Below, one piece after another: positions 39,232 to 51,537 of a DNA stretch of 64,000 nucleotides (positions within the stretch are counted from its first letter, which is position 1; every line of letters starts with the position of its first letter). A model generated the notes under the pieces. The model saw nothing but the letters and a program-made list of their open reading frames with translations. It was not told the origin of the DNA and searched no databases. The stretch spans positions 768,001 to 832,000 of the forward strand of contig OZ241326.1 of the NCBI GenBank assembly GCA_965199855.1, given 5' to 3'. The position numbers were made by a program, and so were the translations under genes. The DNA comes from a bacterium (GTDB taxonomy: Bacteria; UBA8248).

Positions 39232-39500
39232 GCCCGAGTCCTTGCTACGCTTTTAATCTCTCCGTCTCCGCAAATTGTTCCGGAACCGCAACTTCAAATC
39301 TCGCTTTTCGCTTGTCAGTAGCCAAATTCATAACGAGCCTGATGAATTGGCTATGGGCAACAGCACCTTATTGTTTTTTTATCTTTAGTAAATTATGGCA
39401 CTAGGCTAACCCCGAGGCAACTTGATTCTTCAAATCAATCCGACGGGCCGGCGCGCCGGCGAAGCCCGCAACCCTTCCCTCTCCGGTCGGGCCCGACTCC

Positions 39501-39866
39501 TCACTCCCGCGTTCCGCCGTATTTCCATTCCAGGTCGAGGGGAAACTCCTCGCGCATCTTCTCGACGTAGGCGAGGACGTCCTCCCTGCGGAAGCGCGCG
39601 CTCTTGAAGGAGGGATGGTTCGCGGGCCGCCGGGGGTCGCGCGGGCGCGGGCGGCGCAGATAGACGGGGCGCAGGCACGGGGCGGCGCTCACGCAGTCCT
39701 CGGCGATGATGGCGTCCAGCGCGCGGCGGCCGTAGCCCAGCACCTTCGCCAGCATGGGCTTGGTGAGCAGAGCCTCCTCCTCGAGAATCCGGCGCGGGGT
39801 TCTGGGGTCGGGCGGCGCGCGCCTGGGGCGCGGCGCGGAGCGCGCGCGAGGCTTCCTCGGCGGCAT
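39501..39866 (-). CDS. Excisionase/HTH_17-like DNA-binding protein
   Basis: LLTKPMLAKVLGYGRRAL helix-turn-helix and RFRREDVLAYVE wing motif; TGATG coupling. Confidence 0.6.
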   Translation of the reverse strand: MPPRKPRARSAPRPRRAPPDPRTPRRILEEEALLTKPMLAKVLGYGRRALDAIIAEDCVSAAPCLRPVYLRRPRPRDPRRPANHPSFKSARFRREDVLAYVEKMREEFPLDLEWKYGGTRE

Positions 39867-40129
39867 CAGCGAAGCGCCTCGGGCAGGGAGAGGACGCGAA
39901 CCTCGCGCCTGCGCGCCCGTCCGCTGCGGATGAGCGCGGCGGCGCGCGCCCGGGCGGAGCCTGAATCCGGGAAGAGGAGGCGCACGCGCCTCTCGCGCGT
40001 CCTGTCCCGGTAGAGGAGCAGCGCGCCCTCGGCCGGGACGCCCAGGCCCTCCTCGGCCATGTCGGCCAGGGCGCGCTCGTGGGCGCCGATGAAGGAGACG
40101 GCCTCCTCCACGTCCGTCAAAGCGCTCAT
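39866..40129 (-). CDS. Hypothetical protein (87 aa)
   Basis: GAGGGAGGA RBS; coupled to HTH gene. Confidence 0.55.
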   Translation of the reverse strand: MSALTDVEEAVSFIGAHERALADMAEEGLGVPAEGALLLYRDRTRERRVRLLFPDSGSARARAAALIRSGRARRREVRVLSLPEALR

Positions 40130-40333
40130 CGGAATCCTCCCTCGCGCGAAAGCGGCGGCTGGATGAGGCGGGGCGCCCGGATGATCCGCGCGAGGTGGAA
40201 AGCGCGGGTTCGGAATGCGGAGGGGACGCCCCGCGCGCCGGACCTGCGGCGGCGCGGGACGCCTCGGGGAGGGGAATGGGGCGGGCGTTTGCGGGGCGGA
40301 TCATCCGGGCAGAATGAACTCATGCGAATATCG

Positions 40334-40372
40334 GCAAATTCAGACAAATTCACGACCTTTTCCGACAAATTC
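40334..40372. promoter_or_regulatory. Phased direct repeats RCAAATTC x3, variant of the late-promoter repeat
   Basis: GCAAATTC 40334, ACAAATTC 40344, ACAAATTC 40365 (10 and 21 bp spacing). Confidence 0.5.
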
Positions 40373-40468
40373 ACAGCTTTTTTCCGTCCTTTTGAAAGCC
40401 GATAGACGCCGGAAGGAGACCTCTGTTCCCTGCGGCGCAATGTGCTTTTTCACACATCACGCGCACCG

Positions 40469-40497
40469 AATATATCTATTTATATTCAACACGTCAA
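40469..40497 (-). promoter_or_regulatory. Sigma70-type promoter facing the HTH operon
   Basis: TTGACG-17 nt-TATATT in an AT-rich intergenic patch. Confidence 0.7.
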
Positions 40498-40682
40498 GAA
40501 AAATATCCACGAATAATCATTCTCACATGATTTTTCTCGCAACCGAAGGAATTTCAATGCGTTATCGATTCGACCGGCGGCGCGGAGCGTCCACCGAAGG
40601 GAAGCCGCCCCGGGAGGGGACCGGAGCCGCTAATTCGTTGATAAGAAATGCGTTGGGGAAAATGGGAGCTCGCGAGAGGGGG

Positions 40683-41567
40683 CTAGTCGATCTCCGCGCC
40701 CAGAAGGTCGATGAACCGCTTGACGACGCCGCGCAGGGGTCTGCCGCGCCTGTGAATGAGGCCCACCGGGCGGATGAGGCGCTCTCCCTCGAAGGGCAGG
40801 ACGGCGAGCGTGTTCATCGCCCGCTCGTTCTGGACGGCGGAGCCCGGCAGGACGCTCACCCAGACGTCGATGAAAAGCGCCTCCTTGATGCTCTCCACGT
40901 TGTCGAACTCCATGACGACGTCCACGCTCACGCCGGCCTTGCGAAAGACCCGGTCTATCGCGCTTCGTATGGGCAGATCGGCGTCGAACGCCACGAACGG
41001 CTCGCCCGCCAGGTCCGGGAGCCGCACCGCGTGGCGAAAGGCGAGCCTGTGGCCCGGATGACTGACGAAGAACATGGGCTCCTCCCGGAAGGGGACGACC
41101 CGAAGCGCCTTGTCCCTCGGCGGATAGGAGAGAACGCCTACGTCCGCCGTGTCGTTCAGGACGGACTGCACCACCTTCTCGGGATGGAGGCATTCCAGGT
41201 CAGCCCGCGCCTGGGGATACAGGGCGCGGAACCGCTGCATGCAGGCGCCCATCTGGTGAAGCCCGACCGAGTAGATGGCGGCTACGCGCACCTGCCCGCG
41301 CACCTCGCCGACTCCGTGCGATATGTCCGAGCAGACCTGATCGAAGCCTCCGAGCAGCTCCCGGCACGCCTCGTAGAAGCGCGCGCCCTCCTCGGTGACG
41401 TCGAAGGGTCTCTTGCTTCGGTCAAGCAGCTCGACGCTCAAATCCTCTTCGAGCTGGCGAATCGCCTGACTCGCCGCGGACTGGGTCACCCCGCACCCGG
41501 CGGCGCCCCTGGAAAAGCTCCTCTCCTGGATGATTCGGCAATAGAGCCGCAAGGTCTCGATGTTCAT
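40683..41567 (-). CDS. LysR-family regulator (GltC-like position, divergent from gltB)
   Basis: SFSRGAAGCGVTQSAASQAIRQLE, LysR substrate domain. Confidence 0.92.
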   Translation of the reverse strand: MNIETLRLYCRIIQERSFSRGAAGCGVTQSAASQAIRQLEEDLSVELLDRSKRPFDVTEEGARFYEACRELLGGFDQVCSDISHGVGEVRGQVRVAAIYSVGLHQMGACMQRFRALYPQARADLECLHPEKVVQSVLNDTADVGVLSYPPRDKALRVVPFREEPMFFVSHPGHRLAFRHAVRLPDLAGEPFVAFDADLPIRSAIDRVFRKAGVSVDVVMEFDNVESIKEALFIDVWVSVLPGSAVQNERAMNTLAVLPFEGERLIRPVGLIHRRGRPLRGVVKRFIDLLGAEID

Positions 41568-41786
41568 GCGAGAGAATCTATAATATAAAGAATTCTAATG
41601 CAATATATTAAAAATTTTAGTTTGGCTTATGATTCAGGGCGTGCTATGCTTGCATCGTTTTCATGGAAGTTGCTCTAAAGCTTTCAACGGCATCCACCGG
41701 GACAGACAGGCCGCTTTCGGGAATTTCTCCGCGTGATGGGGAACCGGGGAATTTTCCCCCCGAATTCAGGGAAAGCCGGGAAAAAG

Positions 41787-44700
41787 ATGAGAAAACCCTT
41801 GCGAGAACAAGGTCTTTACGATCCCGCCTTCGAGCACGACGCCTGCGGCGTCGCCTTCATCGTGGACGTGAAGGGGCGCAAGTCCAACGAGATCATCAGG
41901 CAGTCCCTCGCCATTCTGCGCAACCTCGCCCACCGGGGAGCGACGGGCTCCGAAATCAACACGGGCGACGGGGCGGGACTTCTGATGCAGATTCCCGACA
42001 AATTCCTCCGAAAAGCCTGCGAGGCCGAAAGGTTCAAAATCCCGGAGGCGGGCCGATACGGAGTGGGGTCGGTGTTTCTGCCCAAATCCCCGGATCAGGC
42101 GAACGAGTGCGAGCAGATTTTCGAGTCCATCGTCCACGAGGAGGACGCCGTCGTCCTCGGCTGGCGGCCGGTGCCGAACGACCTCTCCTCCGTCGGCCCT
42201 ACCGCCCGGGAGGGCGCGCCGCAGTTCAGGCAGGTATTCATCGGCGGATTCGACGATTCCCTGGACGCCATGGGCATGGAGCGCAGGCTCTACGTCATCA
42301 GAAAGCGCGCCGAGCACGCGATTCGCGAGTCGGGCATGAGGGATCGGGACGAGTTCTTCATTCCCTCCCTTTCCTCGCGCACGCTGATCTACAAGGGGAT
42401 GCTCACGGCGAAGCAGCTCGAAGACGCCTTTCCCGATCTGCGCGATCCCGACATGGAATCGGGCCTGGTGCTGATCCACTCGCGGTTCTCGACCAACACG
42501 TTTCCCTCCTGGCCCCTGGCGCACCCCTACCGCTACCTCGCCCACAACGGGGAGATCAACACCCTGCGCGGCAACATCAACTGGATGCGCGCGCGGGAGG
42601 CGCTGTGCGAATCCCCCCACCTGCCGGACCTCGAGAAAATCCTGCCCATCATCGTAGAGGGCGGGAGCGATTCGGCGATTCTCGACAACGTGCTGGAGTT
42701 CCTCTACATGGCCAGCCGGGAGCTGCCCCACGCCGTCCTGATGATGATCCCCGAGCCGTGGATGGGCCACGAATCCATGAGCGAGGAGCGCAAGGCGTTC
42801 TACGAGTTCCACGCCAGCCTGATGGAGCCCTGGGACGGCCCCGCCTGCATCGCGTTCACCGACGGCTCCGTCATCGGCGCCGCCCTGGACAGAAACGGCC
42901 TGCGGCCCGCCAGGTACTATCTCACGCGCGACGACCTGCTCGTCATGGCTTCCGAAGTCGGCGTCCTCGACATTCCGCCCGAGAAGGTGAAGCTCAAGGA
43001 GCGCCTCCACCCGGGGCGCATCCTGCTCGTGGACACCGGGGAGGGCCGCATCGTCGAGGATGAGGAAATCAAGTCGCGCTACGCCTCCGAGCATCCCTAC
43101 CGGGAGTGGCTGGACGCCCATCTCCTGAGCCTGGACGCCCTGCCCGACGCCCCGGTGCTCCCGGAGCCGGACCGCCGGAGCATCCTCGAGCGGCAGAAAA
43201 TCTTCGGCTACACCCAGGAGGACCTGCGCTTCTTCATCGGCCCGATGGCGCGGGAGAAAAACGACCCGACGGGTTCGATGGGCAACGACGCCGCCCTCGC
43301 CGTGCTCTCGAACCGGCCCCGGCTTCTCTACGACTACTTCAAGCAGCTCTTCGCCCAGGTGACGAATCCGCCCATCGACGCCATCCGCGAGGAGCTCATC
43401 ACCCAGATATCCTCCACCATCGGCCCCGAGAAGAACCTGCTCCGCCCCGGGCCGGAATCCTGCCGGCGGGTGAGGCTCGACTCCCCCATTCTCGGCAGCG
43501 CGGATTTCCACAAGCTCGTCCACGTCGAGCAGCCGGACCTCAAGGCGGTCACCCTGCCCATCCTCTTCTGGGCGAAGGACGGACCGGGGGGGCTCCGGCA
43601 GGCGATGGACGATCTTTGCAGAAAGGCGAGCCGCGCCATCGAGCAGGGCTACAGCTTCATCGTCCTCTCGGACAGGGGCGTCTCGGAGGAATACGCGCCG
43701 ATTCCCGCCCTCCTCGCCACCGCGGGCGTGCATCACCATCTGGTGCGCGAGGGCACCCGCACGCGCGTCGCCCTTCTCGTGGAGACGGGCGAGGCGCGCC
43801 AGGTGCACCACATGTGCCTGCTGCTCGGCTTCGGCGCCGCGGCCATCAACCCGTATCTCGTCTTCGAGACCATCGACGACATGATCGAAAGCGGTCTTCT
43901 CCCGAACGTGGAGCGCGAATCCGCCCGCGAAAACTGCATCGCCGCCCTCAACAAGGGCATCCTCAAGGTGATGTCGAAGATGGGCATCTCGACCATCCAG
44001 TCCTATCGCGGCGCGCAGATATTCGAGGCCATCGGCCTGAAGCGCGACTTCGTCAAGAAGTATTTCACGCGGACGGCCTCGCGCATCGGCGGCATCGGCA
44101 TCGACGTGGTGGCCGAAGAAACGCTCAGGCGGCTCAAGAGCGCCTTTCCCGATCGGCCCGCGGGCTCCCTGGAACTCGAGGGAGGCGGAGACATCCAGTG
44201 GCGCCGGGACGGAGAATTCCACCTGTTCAACCCCGAGACCGTCTTCAAGCTCCAGCACGCCACGATGTCGGGGCGATACGAAATTTTCAAGGAATACGCG
44301 GAGAAGGTGGACAGCCAGAACAGGCATCTGGCCACCCTGCGCGGCCTGCTGGACTTCAGATGGGCGGAAAGCGCCGTCCCCCTGGAGGAGGTGGAGCCGG
44401 TCGAGGCGATCCTGAAGCGCTTCAGCACGGGGGGCATGTCCTACGGCGCGCTGAGCGCCGAGGCCCACGAAGTCCTGGCCGTGGCCCTCAACCGCATCGG
44501 CGGCAAGTCCAACTCGGGCGAGGGCGGGGAGGATTCCGACCGCTACGTCCCGGACTCAAACGGCGACCTGAGGCGAAGCGCCGTCCACCAGGTGGCGTCG
44601 GGGCGCTTCGGCGTGACGAGCGACTATCTGGTCAACTGCACCGATCTCCAGATCAAGATGGCGCAGGGCGCCAAGCCCGGCGAGGGCGGGCAGCTGCCCG

Positions 44701-46343
44701 GCCACAAGGTCTATCCCTGGATCGCCCGGACGAGGCACTCGACCCCCGGGGTGGGCCTCATCTCCCCCCCGCCCCACCACGACATCTATTCCATCGAGGA
44801 TCTGGCGCAGCTCATCTACGACCTCAAGAACGCGAACCCCCGGGCGAACGTCCACGTCAAGCTCGTCTCCGAGGTCGGCGTCGGCACGGTGGCGGCGGGC
44901 GTCGCCAAGGCCCGCGCCGACACCATCCTCATCTCGGGCCACGACGGCGGAACCGGCGCGTCTCCCCTCACCAGCATCCTCCACGCGGGCACTCCCTGGG
45001 AGCTGGGGCTGGCGGAAACGCAGCAGGTGCTCGTGCTCAACAGGCTGCGCGGCAGGATCGCGCTCCAGGTGGACGGGCAGATCAAGACGGGGCGCGACGT
45101 GGTCGTGGGCGCGCTGCTGGGAGCCGATGAATTCGGCTTCTCCACCGCCCCGCTCGTCGTCATGGGCTGCATCATGATGCGCGTGTGCCACCTGAACACC
45201 TGCCCCGTCGGCGTCGCCTCCCAGGATCCGAAGCTCAGGGAGAAATTCGAGGGCAAGCCCGAATTCGTGGAGAATTTCTTCCGCTTCGTCGCCGAGGAGG
45301 CGCGCGAATACATGGCCAGGCTCGGCTTCCGCTCGATGGACGAGATGATCGGGCGCGTGGACAGGCTGGACGCCAGAAAAGCGGTGAACCACTGGAAGGC
45401 GAAGGGCCTCGACTTCTCGGCCATCCTTCACAAGCCCGACGCGGGGCCCGGCGCGGCGATTCGCCAAATCACGGCGCAGGACCACGGACTCGATCGCTCG
45501 CTCGACGTGCGGGAGCTGCTACCCAGATGCCGGGACGCCATCGAGACGGGGACGCCCGTCTCCTTCGAGCTCCCCATCCGCAACATCCACAGAACCGTGG
45601 GCGTCGTCACGGGCTCGGAGATAACGCGCAGGCGCGGCGCGGAGGGCCTGCCGGAGGACTCGATTCGCATCCGCTTCACGGGCTCCGCCGGCCAGAGCTT
45701 CGGCGCTTTCATCCCCAGGGGCATGACCCTCGCCCTCGAGGGCGACGCCAACGACTACGCGGGCAAGGGCCTCTCGGGCGGGAAGATCGTCGTCTATCCC
45801 CCGAAGGAGGCCGGCTTCAGGCCCGAGGAGAACATCCTCATCGGCAACGTGGCGCTCTTCGGCGCCACGTCGGGAGAGGCGTATTTCCGCGGCGTGGCCG
45901 GCGAGCGCTTCTGCGTGCGCAACAGCGGCGCCCATGCCGTCGCGGAGGGCGCGGGGGACCACGGCTGCGAATACATGACGGGCGGGCGCGTCGTCATCCT
46001 GGGAAAGACGGGCAGGAACTTCGCCGCCGGCATGTCCGGGGGCGTCGCCTACGTCTGGGACGAGGAGGGCGATTTCGAGCGGCGCTGCAACGCGGAGATG
46101 GTCGATATCGAACCCCTGCGCGCGCCGGACGACGTAGAGGAGGTGAAGGGCCTCATCCGCAGGCACCTCGAATACACGGGCAGCGCGCGCGCGCGCGCCG
46201 TTCTCGACGCCTGGGAGGAGCATCAGCCGCGCTTCGCCAAGGTGATGCCCCGGGACTACCGGCGCGCGCTCGCCGCCATCGAGGAGGCGAAGGAAAGAGG
46301 CGTCCCCTGGGAGGAGGCCGTCATGGAGGGCGCGCATGGGTAA
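41787..46343 (+). CDS. gltB: Glutamate synthase large subunit
   Basis: [51 protein letters not shown]. Confidence 0.98.
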   Translation: MRKPLREQGLYDPAFEHDACGVAFIVDVKGRKSNEIIRQSLAILRNLAHRGATGSEINTGDGAGLLMQIPDKFLRKACEAERFKIPEAGRYGVGSVFLPKSPDQANECEQIFESIVHEEDAVVLGWRPVPNDLSSVGPTAREGAPQFRQVFIGGFDDSLDAMGMERRLYVIRKRAEHAIRESGMRDRDEFFIPSLSSRTLIYKGMLTAKQLEDAFPDLRDPDMESGLVLIHSRFSTNTFPSWPLAHPYRYLAHNGEINTLRGNINWMRAREALCESPHLPDLEKILPIIVEGGSDSAILDNVLEFLYMASRELPHAVLMMIPEPWMGHESMSEERKAFYEFHASLMEPWDGPACIAFTDGSVIGAALDRNGLRPARYYLTRDDLLVMASEVGVLDIPPEKVKLKERLHPGRILLVDTGEGRIVEDEEIKSRYASEHPYREWLDAHLLSLDALPDAPVLPEPDRRSILERQKIFGYTQEDLRFFIGPMAREKNDPTGSMGNDAALAVLSNRPRLLYDYFKQLFAQVTNPPIDAIREELITQISSTIGPEKNLLRPGPESCRRVRLDSPILGSADFHKLVHVEQPDLKAVTLPILFWAKDGPGGLRQAMDDLCRKASRAIEQGYSFIVLSDRGVSEEYAPIPALLATAGVHHHLVREGTRTRVALLVETGEARQVHHMCLLLGFGAAAINPYLVFETIDDMIESGLLPNVERESARENCIAALNKGILKVMSKMGISTIQSYRGAQIFEAIGLKRDFVKKYFTRTASRIGGIGIDVVAEETLRRLKSAFPDRPAGSLELEGGGDIQWRRDGEFHLFNPETVFKLQHATMSGRYEIFKEYAEKVDSQNRHLATLRGLLDFRWAESAVPLEEVEPVEAILKRFSTGGMSYGALSAEAHEVLAVALNRIGGKSNSGEGGEDSDRYVPDSNGDLRRSAVHQVASGRFGVTSDYLVNCTDLQIKMAQGAKPGEGGQLPGHKVYPWIARTRHSTPGVGLISPPPHHDIYSIEDLAQLIYDLKNANPRANVHVKLVSEVGVGTVAAGVAKARADTILISGHDGGTGASPLTSILHAGTPWELGLAETQQVLVLNRLRGRIALQVDGQIKTGRDVVVGALLGADEFGFSTAPLVVMGCIMMRVCHLNTCPVGVASQDPKLREKFEGKPEFVENFFRFVAEEAREYMARLGFRSMDEMIGRVDRLDARKAVNHWKAKGLDFSAILHKPDAGPGAAIRQITAQDHGLDRSLDVRELLPRCRDAIETGTPVSFELPIRNIHRTVGVVTGSEITRRRGAEGLPEDSIRIRFTGSAGQSFGAFIPRGMTLALEGDANDYAGKGLSGGKIVVYPPKEAGFRPEENILIGNVALFGATSGEAYFRGVAGERFCVRNSGAHAVAEGAGDHGCEYMTGGRVVILGKTGRNFAAGMSGGVAYVWDEEGDFERRCNAEMVDIEPLRAPDDVEEVKGLIRRHLEYTGSARARAVLDAWEEHQPRFAKVMPRDYRRALAAIEEAKERGVPWEEAVMEGAHG

Positions 46344-47787
46344 GCCGACGGGATTCGTGGAATTCGGCAGGGAGCCGCCCAGAACGAGGCCGGTGGAGGA
46401 GCGCGTCCGCGACTGGGACGTGGTCTATCTCCCCACGCCGCGCGAGACGCTCCGGCGCCAGGGGGCGCGGTGCATGGACTGCGGCATCCCCTTCTGCCAC
46501 CAGGGGTGCCCGCTCGGAAACCTGATTCCCGACTGGAACGATCTCGTCTATCGGGACTTGTGGAAGGACGCCATCGAGCGGCTTCACGCGACGAACAACT
46601 TCCCCGAGTTCACGGGCTGGCTCTGCCCCGCGCCGTGCGAGGATTCCTGCGTCCTCACGATCAACGACTCTCCCGTGACGATCAAGGAGATCGAGAAATC
46701 CATCATCGAGCGCGCCTTCTCCGAGGGATGGGTGGAGGCGGCCCCTCCCCGGGTCAGAACCGACAGGAAGGTCGCCGTCGTGGGCTCGGGGCCGGCGGGC
46801 CTGGCCGCCGCCCAGCAGCTCAACCGGGCGGGGCACCGCGTCACCGTCTTCGAGCGCGACGACAGGATCGGCGGGCTCATGCGGTACGGAATCCCCGACT
46901 TCAAGATGGACAAGACCTACATCGACCGCCGCGCGCGGCAGATGGAGGAGGAGGGAGTGGTCTTCCGGGTGAACGCGAACGTGGGCGTCGACCCCGGAGT
47001 CTCCGAGCTGCGCGAGGCGTTCGACGCCGTCGTGCTGGCCGCGGGCGCGCTGCGGCACAGGGATTTGCGGATTCCGGGGCGCGGGCTGGAGGGCGTCCGC
47101 TTCGGCATGGAATACCTCGCCGCGCAGAACCGAAGACTCGCGGGCGACCACGTTCCCGAGGCGGCGCTCCTCACCGCGCGGGAGAAGCATGTGGTCGTCA
47201 TCGGCGGCGGGGACACGGGCGCCGACTGCGTGGGCACCGCCCACAGGCAGGGGGCGAAGTCCGTCCGCCAGTTCCAGTATCATCCGCGCCCGCCGGACAA
47301 GAGGGACCCGCTCAACGATCCCTGGCCGAACTACGCGCACGTCTTCCGCACCGCGCCGATGTATGAGGAGGGCGGCGAGCGCATCTTCGAGATTCAGACC
47401 CGCCGCTTCCTCGGCGAAAGCGGCCGCGTGCGGAAGATCGACACCGTCCGGGTGAGCGAGGCGCGGGGCGAGGACGGACGCGCGGTGTTCAGCGAGATTC
47501 CGGGAACAGAAGAGGAAATCGACGCCGACCTCGTCCTCATCGCCATCGGCTTCGAGGGGCCCGACTGCGCCCCGCTTCTCGACGAGCTGGCGCTCGCGCG
47601 CGACGGGCGCGGCGCGGTCGGCCGCGATGAGAACTGGATGACGAGCGCGCCCGGCGTCTTCGTGGCGGGCGACATGACGCGGGGGGCGTCTCTCGTGGTC
47701 TGGGCGATTGCGGACGGGCGCTCCTGCGCCCGCGCCGTGGACGAATACCTGATGGGAGAATCCCGCCTGCCCGCCCCGCTGGAGTAG
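46336..47787 (+). CDS. gltD: Glutamate synthase small subunit
   Basis: [33 protein letters not shown]. Confidence 0.97.
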   Translation: MGKPTGFVEFGREPPRTRPVEERVRDWDVVYLPTPRETLRRQGARCMDCGIPFCHQGCPLGNLIPDWNDLVYRDLWKDAIERLHATNNFPEFTGWLCPAPCEDSCVLTINDSPVTIKEIEKSIIERAFSEGWVEAAPPRVRTDRKVAVVGSGPAGLAAAQQLNRAGHRVTVFERDDRIGGLMRYGIPDFKMDKTYIDRRARQMEEEGVVFRVNANVGVDPGVSELREAFDAVVLAAGALRHRDLRIPGRGLEGVRFGMEYLAAQNRRLAGDHVPEAALLTAREKHVVVIGGGDTGADCVGTAHRQGAKSVRQFQYHPRPPDKRDPLNDPWPNYAHVFRTAPMYEEGGERIFEIQTRRFLGESGRVRKIDTVRVSEARGEDGRAVFSEIPGTEEEIDADLVLIAIGFEGPDCAPLLDELALARDGRGAVGRDENWMTSAPGVFVAGDMTRGASLVVWAIADGRSCARAVDEYLMGESRLPAPLE

Positions 47788-47808
47788 AAGGCGCGGGCCG
47801 GCAGAAAA

Positions 47809-49350
47809 TCATAGAGATTTTCTCCACAGCTCCAGCCCTATGACCAGCGACTCCTCCACCCACAGTTTGAATCTTTCCACCAAAACACCGAAATCATCCA
47901 GATAATTGAACTGGAAAATATCACTACATGACGGCTCCAGTTGAACGAATTCCTCTTCTGACGGGCCGCCGCCCGCCGCCTTTGCGAAAAAAGTGCAGGA
48001 ACAAGCCATGATCCCGCGAAATTCCGGACCATACCCGTGAAACGAGAACAACAGAGTGGTTTTTTCACGATCCCGATTGCTGATTTGTAGCGTATTCCAA
48101 GCTCGATAAGAACTTAAGCTCGCCCAGTATTCGATTTTCTGCGCGGTATTCACTATCTGGGCTTTATAGTAATAAGAATTTTCAGCCGCATCCGAGGCTT
48201 CTCGGTGCCAGACGTCATACCCCAAGTTCAGCTTTATCACTTCAGCTTTGGGCGCTTTTTCAGCATCCACTAGGCGATCTGCGAATTCATCGGGAAGCCT
48301 GCGGAATTCAGCCTTGAGCGCTTTTTCCGTATCCTCCAAGATTTTTGAAAGAACGGTTTGCAGCTTCCGCGCGAATTCAAAAACGCCTCTCATTTTCTGT
48401 GCTTGCTCTTCTTTTCTTTTTCTTAGTTTCTCTCCCGCCGCCTCAATAACGGACAAGACGGGCCTGCGGCCAGCAACCTCATGAACAAGGCCGAGCGCGG
48501 ACAGCAAACTCTTTTTCTGGCGCTCCGACATAAAGTCAACGAGGGGAGAAAGGTCTCCTGAGTCGGCCTTCTCCAGCACATCCAGATAGCTTTCTCTCAA
48601 ATCATTGAATATCACGACCGGAAACAGCCTGCTTCTTAAAAAAATCAGATTTGAAACGGCCCTGGCGACCCGGCCGTTCCCGTCCTGAAAGGGATGAATT
48701 TGAGTAAAGCGATGATGAATCCACGCCGCTTCAATTTCCGGAGGCACATCTTCATCCTCATGTTTTTGATGAATCTCACACAGACGATCCATTTCAGAGG
48801 CGACGTGCTCCGGGGGACAATACTCGTGGATGGTTTCATCTTCGGTAATCGGATTGTTCGACAGGGTCTTCCAGTCCCCTTTTTTCAGCTCGCTCTCAAC
48901 GTATTGGCCTGTATTGTCCACGGCTGAAACATATTTCTGAGATCTCATCAAAGCGGCGTGAAGCTCTTTGATGTATCCAGTCGTCAATCGACGATTTTGG
49001 CCGACGAAATCCATTAAGCCGTCATATACGTTAGCGTGATCTCTTAAAAAACGAATCACCTCTTCTGGAGATTTATCCGTCTTGCCCTTTGGAACAAGAT
49101 CAAGGTTCAGGCCATGCTCGACGAGCAATTGCGTTGTCCCGCGATCAATCGTATAAACGCGCTCAATCACTCCCGTTTCAATCGACCAGCTTCTTTTCAG
49201 CCTTTCGTGAAATTCTTTGAGGGTCTCGGTTTTCTCCAGGGAATGTTTCTGTTCCTGCCAAAGGCCGGACAGGCTCTTCAGCTCCTCGCTGGCCATTTTC
49301 GGCCAGTCCGGCGGCAAATCCTCAATAGGTCTCCACTTATACTCAGGCAT
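47809..49350 (-). CDS. Fic-family protein with C-terminal extension
   Basis: HPFQDGNGRVAR Fic motif; low GC. Confidence 0.9.
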   Translation of the reverse strand: MPEYKWRPIEDLPPDWPKMASEELKSLSGLWQEQKHSLEKTETLKEFHERLKRSWSIETGVIERVYTIDRGTTQLLVEHGLNLDLVPKGKTDKSPEEVIRFLRDHANVYDGLMDFVGQNRRLTTGYIKELHAALMRSQKYVSAVDNTGQYVESELKKGDWKTLSNNPITEDETIHEYCPPEHVASEMDRLCEIHQKHEDEDVPPEIEAAWIHHRFTQIHPFQDGNGRVARAVSNLIFLRSRLFPVVIFNDLRESYLDVLEKADSGDLSPLVDFMSERQKKSLLSALGLVHEVAGRRPVLSVIEAAGEKLRKRKEEQAQKMRGVFEFARKLQTVLSKILEDTEKALKAEFRRLPDEFADRLVDAEKAPKAEVIKLNLGYDVWHREASDAAENSYYYKAQIVNTAQKIEYWASLSSYRAWNTLQISNRDREKTTLLFSFHGYGPEFRGIMACSCTFFAKAAGGGPSEEEFVQLEPSCSDIFQFNYLDDFGVLVERFKLWVEESLVIGLELWRKSL

Positions 49351-49482
49351 ATATCTTCTCCCCGGCACCATGCTCGTCAACCTAGAATTATGCCATTTCT
49401 TATCCCACCGGAGTAAACGGCGGAATTGAAAAACCCCTTAACGCCTTCGCGGCGTTCAATTCAGCGTCCTGGATTGAAAGAG

Positions 49483-50361
49483 TCACCTGAGCCAGCCCAC
49501 CCTCTCGGCGACGCGCAGGAGGATGTCCGAGCGGTTGAGAGCGTAGACGTGGAAGTGTCTGACGCCCATCCGCGTCAGCTCCTGAATCTGCGCCGCCGCG
49601 AGATCGGCCGATTTTTCCCGGAAAGCGCGCGGATCGTCCTCATAGGGCGCAAGAGCCTCCACGACGCTCCGCGGCACGCTCGCCCCGCATTTGCGGGCGA
49701 AGCGCCGCGCCTGGGCGAGGTTGCGTATGGGCAGGATGCCGGGGGCGAGGGGCGCGCTCACCCCCCGCGCGCGCGCCGCCTCCAGAAACCGCTCCCAGAC
49801 GCGCGCCTCGAAGAAGAACTGGGAGGCCGCGTAGTCCGCGCCCGCCTCCACCTTCTGGACGAAATAGTCCATCTCCCTGTCGCGGTCGGGCGTTTCGGGG
49901 TGACCCTCCGGGTAGCAGGCCACCCCTATCGAGGAGAGCCCGCCCATGCGCCTCAGCCACCGCACGAGATCGACGGCGTGGCGAAACCCGCCCGCCGCGG
50001 CCTCCTCCCGCGTCATGCCCTCCGGCAGGTCGCCCCGAAGCGCCAGGATGTCGCGGACCCCGTTCTCCCGATAAACGGCCATGAGGCGCGAGAGCTCTGC
50101 CTCGCCCGCGCCCGCGCAGGTGAGGTGCGCCACGACGCGGCCGGGGCTTCGCCGGGCGAGTTCGAGCACGAGCTCGAGCGTCCCCTCCCGCGTGGAGCCG
50201 CCCGCACCGTAGGTCACCGAGGTGAAGGCGACCTCCATCGCCTTCTGAATCGCGGCCGCCTCGCGCAGGGCGCGCGCCGCGGCTTCGGCGTCCTTCGGCG
50301 GGAAAAGCTCGACCGAGACGCTGACTTCCGGAGAGCGGACGCTCTCGACAATCGCCGACAA
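49483..50361 (-). CDS. metF: 5,10-methylenetetrahydrofolate reductase
   Basis: SVELFPPK, SVTYGAGGS, AHLTC, ALRGD, YPEGHPE, HVYALNR. Confidence 0.93.
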   Translation of the reverse strand: MSAIVESVRSPEVSVSVELFPPKDAEAAARALREAAAIQKAMEVAFTSVTYGAGGSTREGTLELVLELARRSPGRVVAHLTCAGAGEAELSRLMAVYRENGVRDILALRGDLPEGMTREEAAAGGFRHAVDLVRWLRRMGGLSSIGVACYPEGHPETPDRDREMDYFVQKVEAGADYAASQFFFEARVWERFLEAARARGVSAPLAPGILPIRNLAQARRFARKCGASVPRSVVEALAPYEDDPRAFREKSADLAAAQIQELTRMGVRHFHVYALNRSDILLRVAERVGWLR

Positions 50362-50471
50362 TCCGCCGTCCCTTCGCCGTGGGGAGGCCGCCGCGGGAGC
50401 CGCGGAGGCGAAAAAACGGGCGCGGGGCGAATCCGCCCCGCGCCCGCAGGCGTCGAAGCCCCGAAAGCGGG

Positions 50472-50936
50472 CTAGCCCAGATTCTCCAGCGCCGCGAAGA
50501 GCTTCCCGTCGTCGGGCTTCTCCGGGGGGGCGGAGGTCTCCTCCACGTAGGCGACCTTCCCCTCCTTGTCGACGAGAATCACCGCGCGGTTGCTGAAGCC
50601 CTTGTCGTTCAGCAGCCCGTAGGCCGCGCACGTCCCCTTGCCGAAGAAGTCGCTCAGCAGGGGAAACTCGATGCCGTATTTCTCGGCCCAGGCGGCGTGG
50701 GCGAACGGGCTGTCCACGCTGATGCCGAGCACCTCGCAGTCGGCGGCCTCGAATTTCGCCTTCTCCGCCTGGTAGGCGGGCAGCTGCTCGCTGCACACCG
50801 AGGAGAAGTCGAACGGATAGAAGCAGAGCAGCACGTTCTTCTTCCCGCGATAGTCGCTCAGTTTGACGGTGTCCCCCTCGGCGAGGGTTCTCGGAAGCTC
50901 GAAGTCGGGCGCGGCGTCGCCTACGCTCAAAGCCAT
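50472..50936 (-). CDS. Peroxiredoxin (AhpE/BCP-like)
   Basis: [32 protein letters not shown]. Confidence 0.9.
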   Translation of the reverse strand: MALSVGDAAPDFELPRTLAEGDTVKLSDYRGKKNVLLCFYPFDFSSVCSEQLPAYQAEKAKFEAADCEVLGISVDSPFAHAAWAEKYGIEFPLLSDFFGKGTCAAYGLLNDKGFSNRAVILVDKEGKVAYVEETSAPPEKPDDGKLFAALENLG

Positions 50937-50949
50937 CGGATCGCCCCCC

Positions 50950-51537
50950 CTATCCGGCGGCCGCGAAGCGCGCGGCGACATTGTCCCAGTTCACCACGTT
51001 CCACCACGCGGCGATGTAGTCGGGACGGCGGTTCTGATAGTTCAGGTAGTAGGCGTGCTCCCAGACGTCCACGCCGAGAAGCGGCGCGTAGCCCTCCGTG
51101 CGCACGCTCGTCTGGTTGGGCATCTGTTTGATCTCCACCTTGCCCGAGCCCGGCTTCGTGCAGAGCCAGGCCCAGCCGCTTCCCTGCACGGTCGCCGCCT
51201 TGGTCGAGAATTCCTTCTTGAAGGCGGCGAAGTCGCCGATGGCCGCCGCCAGGTCGCCGTCCGGCTCGCCGCCGCCGTCGGGGCTCATGTTCTTCCAGAA
51301 GATGCAGTGGTTGTCGTAGCCGCCGCCGTTGAAGTTGAGGCCGCCCTGCTCCGGCGAGAGGTTCGAGAGAATGTCCTCGATGCTCTTGCCCTCGAGGTCG
51401 GTTCCGGCGATCGCGCTGTTCAGGTTCGTGAGATAGGTGTTGTGGTGCTTCGTGTGGTGAATCTCCATGGTGCGCGCGTCGATGTGCGGCTCCAGCGCGC
51501 CGTAGTCGTAATCGAGAGCGGGGAGTTCAAAGGCCAT
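50950..51537 (-). CDS. sodA: Fe/Mn superoxide dismutase (Mn-type residues)
   Basis: [29 protein letters not shown]. Confidence 0.9.
   Translation of the reverse strand: MAFELPALDYDYGALEPHIDARTMEIHHTKHHNTYLTNLNSAIAGTDLEGKSIEDILSNLSPEQGGLNFNGGGYDNHCIFWKNMSPDGGGEPDGDLAAAIGDFAAFKKEFSTKAATVQGSGWAWLCTKPGSGKVEIKQMPNQTSVRTEGYAPLLGVDVWEHAYYLNYQNRRPDYIAAWWNVVNWDNVAARFAAAG

Noticed and set aside
40334-40372. Self-target of array 1 in the RCAAATTC repeats
   Set aside because: Only a short partial gapped match (8 of 10 positions) that does not extend; consistent with chance. A full target search needs computation.
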